A DNA stretch of 64,000 nucleotides from Octopus vulgaris (lineage: Eukaryota), in NCBI GenBank assembly GCA_951406725.2, contig OX597816.1:30752001-30816000 (forward strand). Direction: 5' to 3'. A model generated the notes under the pieces. The model saw only the letters and a list, made by a program, of their open reading frames with translations. It was not told where the DNA came from and did no database searches. This document shows, piece by piece, positions 15,176 through 32,520 of the stretch; the first letter of the stretch is position 1, and every line of letters begins with the position of its first letter. Position numbers and translations under genes: made by a program.

Positions 15176-15349
15176 TGTTCCTCTCTTTCAACAACTGAGA
15201 AACATTCTGCCAGGAATCTCACCACCTTTTACATAACTCACAGCAGACTATTGACCTTCTTATGATTTCTCTTCTCCGCTAGCATTTTAACATACTTAAA
15301 CACACACACACATTCGAAAACGCCCACGCACAAACTCGTAAACATATAT

Positions 15350-15514
15350 AAGTCGGGATTCTTTCACTCTCCGTCTACTAGTTCCATTCAGAAGGCTTCC
15401 ATCTGTCCTAGGCTAAAGTAAAAGACACTTGCCTAAGTTGCCCCATGGAGGGATTGTACCCGGAACCATGTGGTTGGGAATCAAGCTTCTTATTAAACAG
15501 CCACGTCTGCGCCT
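15350..15514 (-). mobile_element. SINE family C, 5' half
   Basis: Similar to the 5' half of 56753-57158. Confidence 0.75.
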
Positions 15515-15520
15515 ATATAC

Positions 15521-15573
<53 letters not shown>

Positions 15574-15593
15574 GCTTATATATATATATATAT

Positions 15594-15659
<66 letters not shown>

Positions 15660-15827
15660 TTAATGAACTAGAGAAATACCATTGACAAACTAACAAATTA
15701 TTTACGTTATAATATAGTATAACAATCTATAAAAATTGTAATAAGTTTAAAAAACATATAAAGCCAACATCCCTTTGAAGGAATTGTTTTTCTCTAATTG
15801 TTTTATAGTGTTTGTGTGTGTATGTGT

Positions 15828-15870
<43 letters not shown>

Positions 15871-15899
15871 AAATACATACACATATACACATGCACATA

Positions 15900-16265
15900 T
15901 ATAATAATTAAGGTGGCTAGACGTATTAAAACCAAAAAAAGCAAATAATTTACCGCCACTAAAAAGGGACTAATGCTGCAGGAGGCACTAGCGTTGCTTG
16001 AAATAAGAGTCATACTCTTTTGTCACAAAGGCACAACGTCCTCAATGGAAGCAAGAGCTCTTGTTTGGCACACCAACTTTGCATGAACTTAATGCTTGTG
16101 GGTGGTGGCTATTCCCTTGTCAGTAAAATGATATGTTCATCTGTTGCTAAAAAGTTTATGACCCTTATTTCTAGCAATGCTGATGCTCCCTACATCGTTG
16201 GTGACTTTTTGTTACTTTTATTCCCTCTTTTGTTTTAAATTACGACTAGAGACTTTAATTATTTT
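15900..16265. repeat. Old fold-back/MITE-like inverted repeat
   Basis: AATAATTAAGGTGGCTAGACGTATTAAAAC vs GTTTTAAATTACGACTAGAGACTTTAATTATT, and GAAATAAGAGTCATA vs TATGACCCTTATTTC, are nested inverted pairs. Confidence 0.6.
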
Positions 16266-16539
16266 ATACTATTCACGTTACCATTTTGGTGAAGCAGCTA
16301 TTTTTTTCTATGGCAAATTCTATAAAAACTGAAAATGAAATTTCAGCTTCATCACCCGCAATGGAGTAAGCATTATTGATGTGCATTAATTTCATGCAAA
16401 ATTGGCGTGCCAGTATAATGTCTTTGCTTGCAGTGGTTAGAGTCTAGGAATCTAATCTCTAGTAATGGTGGTGCTCCCTAGACCTTTGGTAACTTTTTAG
16501 TTATGGTGAGTTATTATAATAATGATGATAATAATAATG

Positions 16540-16587
<48 letters not shown>

Positions 16588-16691
16588 CATATATATATAG
16601 ACATATATGTATATATATATATTTAGATTTATTTATATAAATATATATATACATATATGCATGTATATATGTATATATATATGTATATATT

Positions 16692-16755
<64 letters not shown>

Positions 16756-17559
16756 CATATATTTACACACGCACACACACACATAACATACACAGATATT
16801 TATCGAAATTGCAAAGGTAATCTGGAACTCGAATGAGGAAAGAATACTTCGAATGACCCGTCTGTGTTTCTTCTTGTCCCTCTTTTTTATCATTTATCTG
16901 TCTGGTTGATCTCCGTTCTTGTCCTATTTTTTTGTATTCCTTTATATATATCAATTTATATATATGAGAAATATACTCGAAAATGCATAGAGAATATATT
17001 ATGATTAATTAGAATTTACTAATTTACTTAGATTTTAACATATAGGTATACAATCAGCCGCTATTACATTCGATTTCTTTCAAAATTTATAGTGTATGGA
17101 ACTGCTTTGCTACGTGTGTCTTTTCTGGGATTGTTGCAAAAACTATTTCGTTTTAAAGAAAAGTGTGGCTCAGAATGCTGTCCGTTAAGGTACAGATTGA
17201 TTGGTCAAATTTCATGTGTAAAGTTTACGTGACAGTAGTGATAGAAAATCATAAAATGCTTTACTCTTATATATATATCATATGAGAGAAAAGTGTTTTA
17301 TGAAATAGTGATGTTTATGTTACAGTGTTTTCTTTCTCGTTTCATGTTAAAAGTAACGGAAACTGAAAGTTGACGTTAATTAAAAAAATGTAATAAAAAC
17401 AATTGTTTAAATAGATATAGATAATTATTGTTTATTATTCTGTCGAAAAATAGTATTTTCCCCTAGTGCTTGTTCTCTAGCAATGAATATGTTAAAATAT
17501 ATTCCTTCTATTTTAACAAGCTGCTGGATAAGTAATATAACAAGATGTGTGTAGGCGGT

Positions 17560-17757
17560 GAGAATTTTTATCACGTGGGGCAATATGTTTGACGATATTT
17601 CGTCTGTCTTTACGTTCTGAGTTCAAATTCTGCCGAGGTAGATTTTGCCTCTCATCTTTTCAAGGTCTATGAAATAAGTACCAGTTGACCACAGGGGTCT
17701 ATGAGACGACTTAACCTCTCCTCCGAAATAGCTGGTCCTGTGCAAAAATTTGAAACC
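17560..17757 (+). mobile_element. SINE family B, diverged
   Basis: TACGTTCTGAGTTCAAATTCTGCCGAGG...AAATAAGTACCAG...AATTTGAAACC. Confidence 0.8.
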
Positions 17758-17899
17758 AAAAAATCGAGATATAGAGTAAATAAGATACGAGCTGAGGAAG
17801 ACATACATATAATATATTTCTACTTAAATTAATTCATAATAGAAGGCGAATGCGCATAATTGATGCTTTCATAGCCCTTTCAGCCGTGTTTTGTCTGTT

Positions 17900-18790
17900 T
17901 TAATATATTATATTTCATTATTTATTCTTTTTTGATATGTAGTAATATCTGTACATTGACAGAGTGGAATGATAAGAAATTTGAGAGATTTAGTTATCGT
18001 GTATGCTTCCAGATTGCCCTGATGAAATGTCTAGACGTCGGATCTCGTATTTGTTGACGATGAATTGTTAATCTCATTCTTAAAGTGAGTTCAGGTTTTT
18101 GAATGTAATCTTCTCTACTTCAATTTCCTTTGTTGTCATGTATTAAAAGTTTTGAAGAACCAGTAAAATGATATTTCAGAGTAAAGACATGTCCCGATTT
18201 AAATTTAAACAATTAGATCGGCTGCACTTGCTAGGCGTTGGAGTTTTATCTGTAGTTGGTAGTTTCGAGTTCGTAAGTTTTTCGGCATTTCGTTATCTTT
18301 TGATTTGTTTTATGATGTAAGTGAGTATTGGCCTAATAATGGTTTGTATGTTGCAATTCAAGAATTCTAGGTGTATGTAAATTGTTTTTGGCGTTTCATA
18401 ATTGTTCAGTACTTATTGATTCGGTGCGCTCTATTCCATTCTTTATCGGAGTAGACGGCTATTTCTTTCTAAGTAGCACCTGTTTTAATTCAAGGAGTCT
18501 TTTACGCTGAATTTCCGGATTAGAGACAATCATAAGGATTCTTCTTGCTTGATTAAATCGAATATTGCATTTAGCGTGTTTTGGTTGTCATGAAATAAAT
18601 AGTAGGCACTGTTTGGAGTTCGTTTTCAGTAGTGTACGTTGGTTTCTCTCTCCGTGTCATACTTTATAATGAAAATGTCTCAGAAGGGCAGTTGGTTTTG
18701 GGTAAACGCCATTGTAAACTGAATAGTATTATTGATGTTATTGTGTAGGAATCTGAATATGGTTCTGAGCCAAATTGTTTTCTTTAAAAG
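17900..18790 (-). mobile_element. Decayed Penelope-like ORF (RT thumb, linker, GIY-YIG)
   Basis: Minus strand: IQFTM...QLPF*DI, PKHAKCNIRFNQARRILMIVS...RLLELKQVL, KCSRSNC, EDYI...TLRMRLTIHRQQIRDP; multiple stops and frameshifts. Confidence 0.85.
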
Positions 18791-19336
18791 CAATTCTCTT
18801 TCACAATCAACAACGGCCAGTAAAGACAACTTGCAATGTGATGCACTTTTGAAAATCTAACGTGAAACTGGGAAAGTGTATACAAATATTTTAAAATCAA
18901 AATGAATTCTAATTGATAATAACATATTCACTGAAGACATGCGACTAGAATTTGAAAGTAACATAGATTCCTTAAGCTACCCAACCGGTAGAAGAACTAG
19001 GGGCATACGAAAAACAAGAGAGTTGGAGAATATCTATTATTTGAGGTACATTTCATAAATTAGCTGAAAAATCTAATCGCTGTTGCTTCTTGTGGAACTT
19101 TATGGTGCAGGAAAGTGAGGTTAGGGTTAGGGATAGTGTGCAGAGATGATAGATGGCAGGATTCAGAAATGACTAAAATACACGATGTGTTTATGTGTGT
19201 ATGACTGTCTAGTATTATTAGTTATATATACATATTACTTTCGCTCTTCTAAAAAACTTGTCTTTGATTCAAATAGCCACGGCAGCTGATTCTTATGTGC
19301 AGGAAATACAGAAATGCATAGACACTCAGACACAGA

Positions 19337-19396
<60 letters not shown>

Positions 19397-20023
19397 TACT
19401 GAACCGCATACACACGTATTAAGCTACGAGACAGCGATGAATAATAGCCGACACGAAAGAATATTTAAGAACCCTTGTATTAAAAATTTCTTCTACAACA
19501 CTTCGATTTATATTTTCTCTTTTATCAATTCTAGCAGAGTAATTTATGAGAAAAATGTTGAGCATAATGTTAAGCAAATACTACTTACAAAAGTGCAAAA
19601 AGAAAATTCATCTTAAATATCAAACACAGCATGTGCCGCAGCATTGGTTATCTTTCCGAAAACCGCTTCTGTTTAACTGTTTTAAACTTTGGTACTCTCC
19701 TGAAAATATTAATTTACAATTATGTTCATTTCATTTGTGCATCAATACAGGTTTTATGTATCCATTTTGCAACATCTTTATCCAGTTCGCAAAATTTTTA
19801 TTTTCTTTACCAGTAAATGTACAATTAGTTTAATTTCATAGTTATTCTTATTTAGAAAGTGACTTGTTTTGAGAGCTTGATCTAGATCTTAAATAGGTGC
19901 ATCTAGAATGTATATCTTAGGCATATCATGCACGTATCCGTCACTTGTTAAAGAACCTGCAGGGTAATTTTGAAGATATTCGTCGGCTACTCCTTGCAAA
20001 TATATATGTGACATTTCAAACAT

Positions 20024-20214
20024 TATTGTTGTATTTAGGGATGGTCATTTTGCCAGTTTAGCCAATAAAAACACACGCACTATATATTTGGTGTTACTTT
20101 GCTTCAGCGTTATTAATTTTTTCTATTAATCTTAATCATATTTTGGCCAAATATATAGTGCGTGTGTTTTTATTGGCTAAACTGGCAAAATGACCATTCC
20201 TAAATACAACAATA
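20024..20214. repeat. Inverted repeat, ~68-bp arms, ~55-bp spacer
   Basis: 20024-20091 is the reverse complement of 20147-20214 with about one mismatch; each arm contains AATAAA reading inward. Confidence 0.9.
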
Positions 20215-20731
20215 TCTGTTTCAACACACGATTTCACATAAAAAATAGTGCAAAACAAATATATAAACGTAACATTTCAAACATATGTACACAAATCCAC
20301 ACAAAAACGTCTACGCACATATACACACCTTTCATGCATCTGTCGGCGCAACTTATATGCACGCGGATGCACACGTACACACACAAAGATCTAACAGATC
20401 CATAATCTCCCGAAATTTCGGTGCTATATGTTGGACAGTAGAATTAATAGCTCGGTAAAGAACAAAATGGAGACAAATAAAGAGACGGCATTACGATTGT
20501 TAATGGTGTAAAACAATAAAGAAGTAAAAAAAAAAGGAACCCCAAAATATAATAGTGAGTACGGAAATTGGATTGATAGACATCACATGAACAATAGCAA
20601 TACCACCACCACCACCACCACCACCACCACCACCACCACCACCACCACCACCACCACCACCACCACCACCGCCGCCGCCGCCGCCGTCGCCGCCGCCACC
20701 ATTATCACCAGCACCAACACTACCAACGCCT

Positions 20732-20768
<37 letters not shown>

Positions 20769-20799
20769 TCAATAATAATAAATGTTATTAATAATAATA

Positions 20800-22770
<1,971 letters not shown>

Positions 22771-22973
22771 TTTATAGTTCCCACCCACCCTTACTCAATT
22801 GCCAGCTATGTCAAATAACTGTTCAATCAATCCATCTGTGCCACTGTTATCAAGTGAACAATATATCGGCATTTTTTTTTTGCTTCTGTATACCTACTGG
22901 AGGAGTTACTCCAATCCTATAAAATATAACAATAATAATAATAATAATAATAGTAGTAGTAGTAGTAGTAGTA

Positions 22974-23035
<62 letters not shown>

Positions 23036-23044
23036 GTAATAATA

Positions 23045-23108
<64 letters not shown>

Positions 23109-25538
23109 TAATAATAATAATAATAATAATGATGATGATGATGATGATAATGATAATGATAATAATAATGATAACAACAACAACAACAACAACAACAACA
23201 ATAATAATGAGACAACAGGGATGTGCTATACCTCTCCATACAAAAACAACACTAATCAAATAACATAGGTGGAATGGGATAGAGGAACCTGTGCAAGAAT
23301 TGAGGGAAGCGGCATTTTAACGAACATTATTACAAAAATGATGTATTACTGCCAAACAAAGTGCAGTCTCTCCCATGCATGATGTCTCAAACATGTGCGA
23401 AAAATACATGGAAAATCAACAACAGAAAGTTTACAGATTATAAAATAGAAGTGGGGCAAAACAGTAATTACGTAAATTGAACAATAACGCATACATTCGA
23501 ATATTTACGCAACCATACATGCATTTTAATACCCATAAAACTACACATACATCCCAATGTTTATATAACTACTTGGAATTTACAGGAGACACATACACGC
23601 ATATGAAAACACGTGACGCAAACGAGGCAAAAGATATAAAACAATTTTTAGAAACAGTTTTCAAACTAATACAGAAAGAGTGAACAACTCAGAAGTTTAA
23701 AAACACAAAAACAACTATGCCCGGAGATAAATCTGTCAACGAAAAAAATACAGACGAATACAGATCTGTTAGCCTCAAGAAGTTACGTTACGAGCAATGT
23801 TTTCATTGAGAACTCGGAGGCGGTGTTGTTTTAAAAAATTAACTCTTAACAGACAGATCCGCCCCCTAATGTCAACGTCTAAGCTCGTCATGCAAAGCAA
23901 AATACAAAGAGGATCGGCCGTCACCTGCGTCAACGAGGACCGCACTCAGCAGAGAGAAAACAGACTAGGTGCGAAAAACAAGTTACTGGTTCAAATCTTC
24001 CCGAAACACAGGAGCTAGAAGTACCCCACAACTGAAATATTCCAACAGATGACTATCCACGCTTAGCATCAAATAACCAAAAGTAAAAGAATGTAATATG
24101 GTCGCAAGGGTTATAATAAAGAACGTCTTAAGGACTTCTATCATGCCAGGTATTTCCACACAAATAAATCCAATACTGAACAAACCTACCTAAACTAGAG
24201 GCAGAAGCACATTGAAGTAAAATCCTACATAGACAATAACACAACGTCAGAAGAAGGATTATGAAAAAGAACTTATGGAAACAAAGATGCAGCTAAAGAA
24301 GATACTACTGAGGAAATAATTATAGACCAATCCAGGTCTGATGAAAGTGCAGTAATGATAGAAAGAGTCAATGTAATTGATTGCAATGGGAAATACTGTC
24401 TGAAGCAACTATAAAAGCCAAAGCAGATGAAAATGAAGTCGATGAAGAAAATCACACAGTAATCATGACCGAATGGCTGAAAATTAATGAAACCGGTAAG
24501 AATGAACGTGAAACTCTCCCAAAAATTTGCAACTCTAACAAAACCTTGAAAGTAGGATTTCGAAGTTTGATTGTGGTTGCTCCTAGTCCGCATAGGCTCA
24601 TTCGAACAAACACATAGATGAACTAGAAAAATTGTGCAGGCTTTGTCCTTTATTATTTGATTGTTTCTCGAGGAGTAGACTTGTTTGAAAACATTTCGTG
24701 GGACAAGTTATCAATCACGATGGCAAGTGGCTTCTCAATAATCATTTCTGATGACAACAAAAATAGTTAGGGCTCAATGAAAAGTTAGAAACAAGCCTCA
24801 AATTGGGATTTCACCTGAAAAGGCTTATGTCTATGAAAGCTGTCGTATATCATGAAGTGTCAGACCGAAAATTAATGCGAAGAAATATGGCAGTTAAGTG
24901 CAAGGAAGACACAAGTTTTTGTATAAAAAAAAATTTCTGCTTTCAGTCAGTTTTAACAGGGTGTTGTTCCTACACGAAATTGCACGATTAGATGCTGATA
25001 ACTTCACTCAGGAAAAGATTAGGGTCTAACTATAAAAGTTATTCCTTATCCTCTGATCTTTTCTGATAGTGCTCCATCAAAATATCATACTTTTTGTTCA
25101 TTGCGATATTATTGAAAAGGAAAACATGTGAAAATATTAAAAATGATTCTGCATGATTCTTAGCTTTGAAACTTGGACAATTTTACACTCAAGGGACCAA
25201 CAATTTTCCATATAGATGTATTTCTGTTATAAAAAATGGAAAAGAAAGTACCTTGAAAACGTAAATCAATATCAAAGAAATATTTACCATCTTGAAATGC
25301 CATACGACTAACATAATTATAATTATAATATTGGTATCAAATTTTGTAACACAGCCAGCGAATTCTGGGGAAGTCGATTACATCAATTTTGGAAAGTTGA
25401 TTACATGCAGTGCTTGATCCCATAAAGTAGAAATACAAGGTCGATTTTGGTAGAATTTTAACTTAGAACGTAAAGAGTCGGGAAATAAGTGAAGAATAAT
25501 TTTGTACAACGTGTTTATATATATGAAAAATATAAATG

Positions 25539-25773
25539 CAGGGTGTTCAAAAAGTCTCTCCGCAGTAACTTTTTAACGGTTTTCGGACAATTCTTATACA
25601 CTGATCCTGTACCTGCTCCCCAGAAATAAAATCTGGCGGTGTTAAATCAAATGATCTTCGTGACCAAAGTCCCTTCGAAATAATCCGGTCACCGAAAAAT
25701 TCCTAAAGTAGCACCATGGCGATGCGCAGGATGAAAACAAAAATCACTGCGGCGAGACTTTTTGAACACCCTG
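25539..25773 (-). mobile_element. Tc1/mariner-superfamily deletion derivative (MITE-like)
   Basis: 28-bp TIRs CAGGGTGTTCAAAAAGTCTC(T/G)CCGCAGT with one mismatch; TA on the right flank, TG on the left; internal minus-strand FFGDRIISKGLWSRRSFDLTPPDF resembles the transposase WPxxSPDL motif. Confidence 0.9.
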
Positions 25774-27176
25774 TATAAAAACCTGTTTTCACTGAATAAA
25801 TGGTTTCGCATTTTAGTTCAACGAAAAATATATTACAACAGGGATTCTTAAGGTGTGTTTTACATATGATATATATATAAGCTTGTATAACAAAGTGAGA
25901 AAGTTAGAAAGTAGCAATGGAAAAAAAATGGAGTCACATGCTGTTTAGAGGCTTTTGTATTGAAGAAGATTTAAATGTATACATTTTTATGCTTCTCGGC
26001 TAATCTTCCGTTATTTTAGTTTAGAAAAAATTCATATTTAGCTCATCAGAATCCGGTCTTACTGATTTCAGCTTCGAATGTTTTATATAATCGGTTAAAT
26101 ATCTAAGCAACAAACTAATCAATTGTTTCTTTAATGTGCTGGTTAAACAATCAATAGACTGTTTGTAAGTGAAAGTACTTTCATCGTTATGGGCAACTTT
26201 ATCAGTGAAAAGTTTACAAAGTTTGCCTTCAGTCTGCCTGGGAATTTGTCGCATGCCTGCGTGTATGTATATATGTGTTTGCTTACAACAGAAGATGAGG
26301 ATGAGAGTAAACGAAGAGTATGTGTGCACGTGTGTGTGTATGTGTGTGTGCGTCTGCTTATATGTGACTGTATATATACACTCAGGTGAAAGCCTGTGTG
26401 TGCTTGAATTTTCGTGAGTGTTTGGATTAGACATCCGTAACCTCTGTAAGATTTCGGCTTTTTATTCAAGGGCAGTTTAATCTCAGATATGCTGGAATTT
26501 TCTTGTCATCCAGTGAAGATGTAAGGGGCGATAAGGAGGGGTGAACGGGATAGATGTATGTGTGTATGCGTGTGTGAAAGCATCGTCATGAGTGTTTTGG
26601 ACGAAAGGATTTTGACAACCGATCAAGCAACTGAGTGCTTAACTAGCAGATGAAACAAACGATCGTTTAGTGAGTTGGTTGGATATTAAAAAATAAGAAA
26701 TTGGTATTCAACCAGTGCATGTGTTATTATTATTATTGGCGTAATGATCCTCCCAAGTCACACCATGATTTGTTTCAATATACGAATTTACGTCAAGAAT
26801 GTTACAAGCCAAATGCAAAAACGAAGTACTTGTACATGTAGTATCAGAAATTATAGAGAATGATTTATTTAATTCTCGTTACTCTTCAAGAAACGTTGTT
26901 ATTCTCCAGTTGACATGTATTGTAAGATGATACGAATACAAAACATAATATAAACATTAACTAAAGAAAAATTACAAACTTTCTAACAGTTTGCTTGCTG
27001 AAGATATCCATAATTAATTGGCAAAAGAACACGCAGCGCCGAATCTCGGTGAATGTGGAATATATAAGTGTACTTATAGCGAAGTAATGGTTTCAAGAGT
27101 TTCACTACGATGACCCATTGTGGTCATACAATGAAATTCTCTGTGAAATAAAAGACATAATCAGCACGTCTGATTG

Positions 27177-27324
<148 letters not shown>

Positions 27325-27344
27325 CCTGTCTTTCTGTCTGTATA

Positions 27345-27376
<32 letters not shown>

Positions 27377-27828
27377 CTCGCCTGTCTTTCGATCTATGTT
27401 TTTATATGTCTATATATATATGCATATATATATGTGCGCGTGTGTGCGTGTGTATATTTGTTGTACCTGTGGTATATGTAAAATTATTTCTTTTCTTCCT
27501 TTGTATATAGCTGTAAGGCTTGGTGCTGTTATGTATTTGCGTAATTCATTGTCTGTTGTATTAATATAACGTCTAGTTTGTTTTGTCTTACCACACATTC
27601 GCCAGATCTTTCGCAGCAGCTTAATGAAAGTACTGACGCCTGCAAAATTGAGCCGTAGAAAAGGTAATTGGCGTGAAACTGCTATGAGATTTTGCGTCTT
27701 TGACTGACGAGGAAAATTCAGCTCCGAATATTCCGTGTATCATGTCGTTGACTAATTTCCCGTTCGTTTAATATTCGTCTAATCTGCTTTCGTCTAACTC
27801 TTCTTGTTGTATTCTTTCTGTTCAACCC

Positions 27829-27884
<56 letters not shown>

Positions 27885-30149
27885 CACGCCGGTCTATAAT
27901 ATATTTCTCTACTTGTTCGTTAATGTAAGCAGTATTTAATTAATTGAGAAACTGGATGCTCAGCGTAGAAAGAGTAAGAAGATCTATAAATGACACAAAA
28001 GTGGTATATGCTTCATCTGTAAATGAGAAGGAAACTTTATAATGACCTATAAATTCCCATTCAGGTTATCGAGAAAGATGTATCAACTGAAACACTGTAG
28101 GTTAATATGTAAATGAACTACAAGGTAAAAAAGACTAACCATAAAGGAAGCATCGACGAAAACTATTATGGAGCACAAAACTAGATAAATTTAAAAGGAA
28201 AGCGAGATTGTAGAAATAGATACTATATGATATATAACAAAACAAATTATAAATTATAGTCAAGACAAAATTTGCTTAATTAATATGGCATTAATACATA
28301 AACTCACATTATAATTATGATGAATGGATTTCCTTAATTAATATAACATTAATATTAAGAAAAAAATAGGTGATTCAATATGAATCACTACTCTGTATGT
28401 GGTGATCGATTTCCTTTACAAATTATGATATGAAACAGAAGAAAAAAAAAAAAGCAAATACACCTTATTATTTTCCTTACAAACCAATATCCGTCGGATA
28501 TTCATTGCAGGTCATCGTAGATATATTGCCCTTAGTATGAACTGTCGACAAATAGCAATAATTGTTTCTAATTTAGGTACAGAGCCAACCATTTAAAGGG
28601 GTTTAATCGATTGTTTTCACTGGTACATAATTTTATGTACTTAGGAATGGATGAAAACGGAAGTTATCAGTGGGATATGAACATTGGAACGTAAATAAGA
28701 AGTAATAATATCACAACACACTTCTTTCGATGCTCAGATGATTCTCTTAATCCAGTTTCAATCCGGCAACGACAATAATAACAAGTATAACGACTATTGC
28801 TCCAATTTCGGGAGCTTACATTAAATGATAGAAGCATTTTAACAGAAATAAAATCAAAGAGATTTTTTTGATGATTTTGCAAAATTCTGCTGCTTTTTAC
28901 TTGTAGAATTATAATTCACTGGGCTTCTACTTAGAACGTTAGAAAAATAATGTCACGTCCATGACTAAGGAGTTGTGTGGGTTGCAAGAAACGAGGCACT
29001 GACATCACTAACATTTGTCTGATATCACATGAACGCAGTTATATTTGTTCTCGTGTTCTCAATGATGGACCATATTGATATGTGAACGATATTTGATTAT
29101 AATATAGAAATATCATCTGAAGGTTTAATATAACCTTAGCGGTTGGCCATGAATCATTTCTACGAAAGCATATAGGAATATAGATTTACAGTTAAAGAGA
29201 TTCTGTCGCATATATTATGAAGCATTATCACAAACATAATCATGAAATACACTGGAGAAAGATTAAGTAGAAAAATGGTCCCTGTAAACCATTAGAGAGA
29301 TATTGGCAAATCTAACAGACAGAAAACATAATAAAAAAGTAAAAGAAGTTACTGTGTATATTATACATTTCGTAAAAGAAAGAAACCGTTAATGGAAAAG
29401 ACTCGAAAATTTTAAGATAGTGGTCTATAGATAAAATCAAAATGCATATGCGATATGGCATATTGTTGGCCATATTAAAAGAGCTATAAGAGTGAGTTGG
29501 CCATATTAAAAGGGCTATAAGAGTGAGCACGAAAAAGTAAATTGACCACAGCAGGAGTAATCTGCCAGTATATTACATGAGCAACGAGCAGCAAAAAACA
29601 AAAAAAAAAAATTTAGGCAAGCCGTATTTATACTGGCATTAACCATACGATGTAATGAAAATAAAGGTTACTACAGACAATCAAACGGGAAAAGCATTTT
29701 CCCAAACATGTGTGTTTATATATTTACACACACACATAGACACACCTATTGATCCGTGAATCGATTCATCAATGCATGCATGCATGCAAGCATCCATTCT
29801 CCATCAATACATACGTGCATACATACGCATCGATAAATAGATTGACACATGCTATGTTAGGTAGCTAGATGGATATCGATATCCATATTCTTTAATTTTT
29901 AAATTCATTTACCAGTTGATATCGTCTCAATTTGTCTTTTAGTGTCTGCAATTCTTTCGACGATTGCATCATGTCAAAAGGCTTTTCTCATATGAAAGGG
30001 AGTCTAGGCTAATAGTAGTAGTAGCAGTAGTAGTAGTAGTAGCAGCAGCAGGAGTAGTACTAGTAGTAGTACGGTTCGAGTCACACATAACTGCTACTTG
30101 AAACATGCAAAGCGGTAGCGAAGGGACATATTTTGAGGGTTTAATCATG

Positions 30150-30351
30150 GTTTCAAAGTTTGACACAAGACCAGCAATTGTAAGGGAAGGGATAAGTCGA
30201 TCACACCGCCATCAGTGTTTAAGCGGTACGTTTTTAACGACCCCAAAAGGATTAAAGGCAAAGTCGATCTCAGCCGAATTTGAACTCAGAAGGAAGAAAT
30301 GCTGCTAAGCATTTGATCTGAGTGCTAACGCTTACGCCAGCTTACCGCCTT
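30150..30351 (-). mobile_element. SINE family B, diverged
   Basis: AAAGGCAAAGTCGA...AATTTGAACTCAGAA...GCCAGCTTACCGCCTT. Confidence 0.8.
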
Positions 30352-32089
30352 ATTTTGGTGGGCTTTAATAAAAGAGCAAGAATGGTGGGCGATGCTTGAT
30401 GTGCTGATGAAAGACACTTCAGTTATTGCTAAAACGATTAAAAGCATTACCTAAAAAGGAGGATATCAGAGAGGACAAGCCAGCATGTCTTCTTAGGAAT
30501 TTCAAAAACGATAGCTATTAAATGTTGATATTCTGCGTTGTTGTGCAGTATACTCTACTGTCGGTTATTCTTTATTTGCACTAAGAGTATTTTGAAAGCC
30601 AGAAATGACCTGAAGGAGAGTATCACATTAAAGAAAAAAAATTGTTGTAATTACCTTCCACCTTAAAATAAATGTTGCTTTTATTACATAATTTAATGCA
30701 ACTCATGTGTTAATGAGTGCACTCGTCTCTTATATATGCTACACTTCTATTTCTCTTTCACACACACACACACTCACGTACACACACTACACACACACAC
30801 GCATACACACATATACATGCTCGCACGCACACAGATTATTAGTGTTATTTTTATACTTGTTATGCATGAAACTGTGGAAAGCATAAATGCCAGTAATTTC
30901 CTGACGAATTCGTATGAGGAACTAAATAATTTTATATTATTATTTTCTTTATTAATATTCATATTTATGAATATACATGCATGCACTTTATGCACCCACC
31001 CATATACAAACAGAAACACAAACAAATTGAAACTCAAATCCAAACAAGCATACAATCAAAAGCTAGCTAATATATACTAACACACACCTACGTACAAACA
31101 TACGCAACACACCCAAACATGTACACAAACATATAGTTACGATTGAAATTATTCAACTCTAAAACTGAATAATTTTATTGTTATTTCGCTGCAATTCCAA
31201 CCTATGACAATCCAGACATTACCGTTGTTTCACTTTCAGAGCAGAGAGGATGTAATTTTGGTTGCTATTCCTAAATACTTATTGACTGCATCGAGTTTCC
31301 ATCATTAGCTTATTATTTGTTTCTTGTAATATACAGTTTGACTTGATCCGGAAAATGAATCAAATGAAAATTTGAAATGGAAGATTTTTCAAATTTATTT
31401 TTTAAAATTTTATGTATATAACAAGAAGAAATAATACATTGGTTACAGTATAAAGCCATATATAGTAATATAACATTTTTCACATGAAGACTGTTATTAA
31501 ATTAATAACAAGAAGACAATTCCTTGTCCGTGTTGTCGTTAAACAATACATTTATTGTGGGATCTATTACAAATAAACTTCCGCAATATGTTATAATGTA
31601 ATGTAAATAACATCTTCTATATCAGCTTAAAATCAAGATCAACATATAAATTTGCTGCTAAAAATCTATGGTTGGCAAGATAATTACATGTTTGGTATCA
31701 AATTCTTCAGAATATCACATTTTCTTGAACAATATGAACATATAAGGAACAAAATGTTTCGCTTGTTTGGTTGTTTCCTGCTTGTTGTATGTGTGTTTTT
31801 TAATATAAATTTTGTAAGTGAATGTATCGATCGTTTTGAAGTAGGATGTTGTTTTGTTATCCTATATGTCAGTTCGATTTTATTACCTGATTGCTTCATT
31901 TATTTCGATGAATAATTAATTAAGAATGCATTCAACCGTCCTGTCTTTGACAGTACAATGGTTTTCATCATGATACTTAGTACAAGCTTCTTGCTAACCC
32001 CATATTTAGATTTTAAAACATTTGGCATTTCACAAACAACAATCACTAGATTTTCTCGGCCATTATTGTTATCATGATTTGAGAAATAA

Positions 32090-32520
32090 TTGTTTCTTAT
32101 TTAGGTTCAAAGCCAGAATTGGCGGGTAGGGAGTCAACTGTTTAAATCGACTCCGCTATTTGACACGTAATTTACTTTATCGAACCTGGAATGATGAAAA
32201 GAAACGTTCACTTGACGGGATTTGAACTCAGAACTTAGTGAACCGAAGTTAAGTAACAAGAGACATTTTCACCCATAGCTTTATTGATTTTCCTAACCCA
32301 CCGCACTATATAATAACGTTTAATCTAGGATCAAAACCAGCAATTGTAGTGGGTGATTCGTCAATGACATCGTCTATCGAAGACGACAGTTACTCTACTT
32401 TATTGACTCCTGAAGGATGAATGGCACAGTCATTTTTGGCGAGATAGGGGCTGAGGAAATAATGAACTAGAATAAATGGCATTAGGCATTTTTCCGACTC
32501 TCTAACTATTCTGCCAAACT
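32090..32520 (-). mobile_element. Two adjacent old SINE family B copies
   Basis: TTTATCGAACCTGGAATGATGAAAAG...ATTTGAACTCAGAA and TTATTGACTCCTGAAGGATGAATGGC...CTAACTATTCTGCCA. Confidence 0.55.

Noticed and set aside
23200-24620. A-rich plus-strand stretch resembling a LINE ORF N-terminus (also 13650-13990)
   Set aside because: Only faint similarity to R4-type N-termini; no diagnostic motif.
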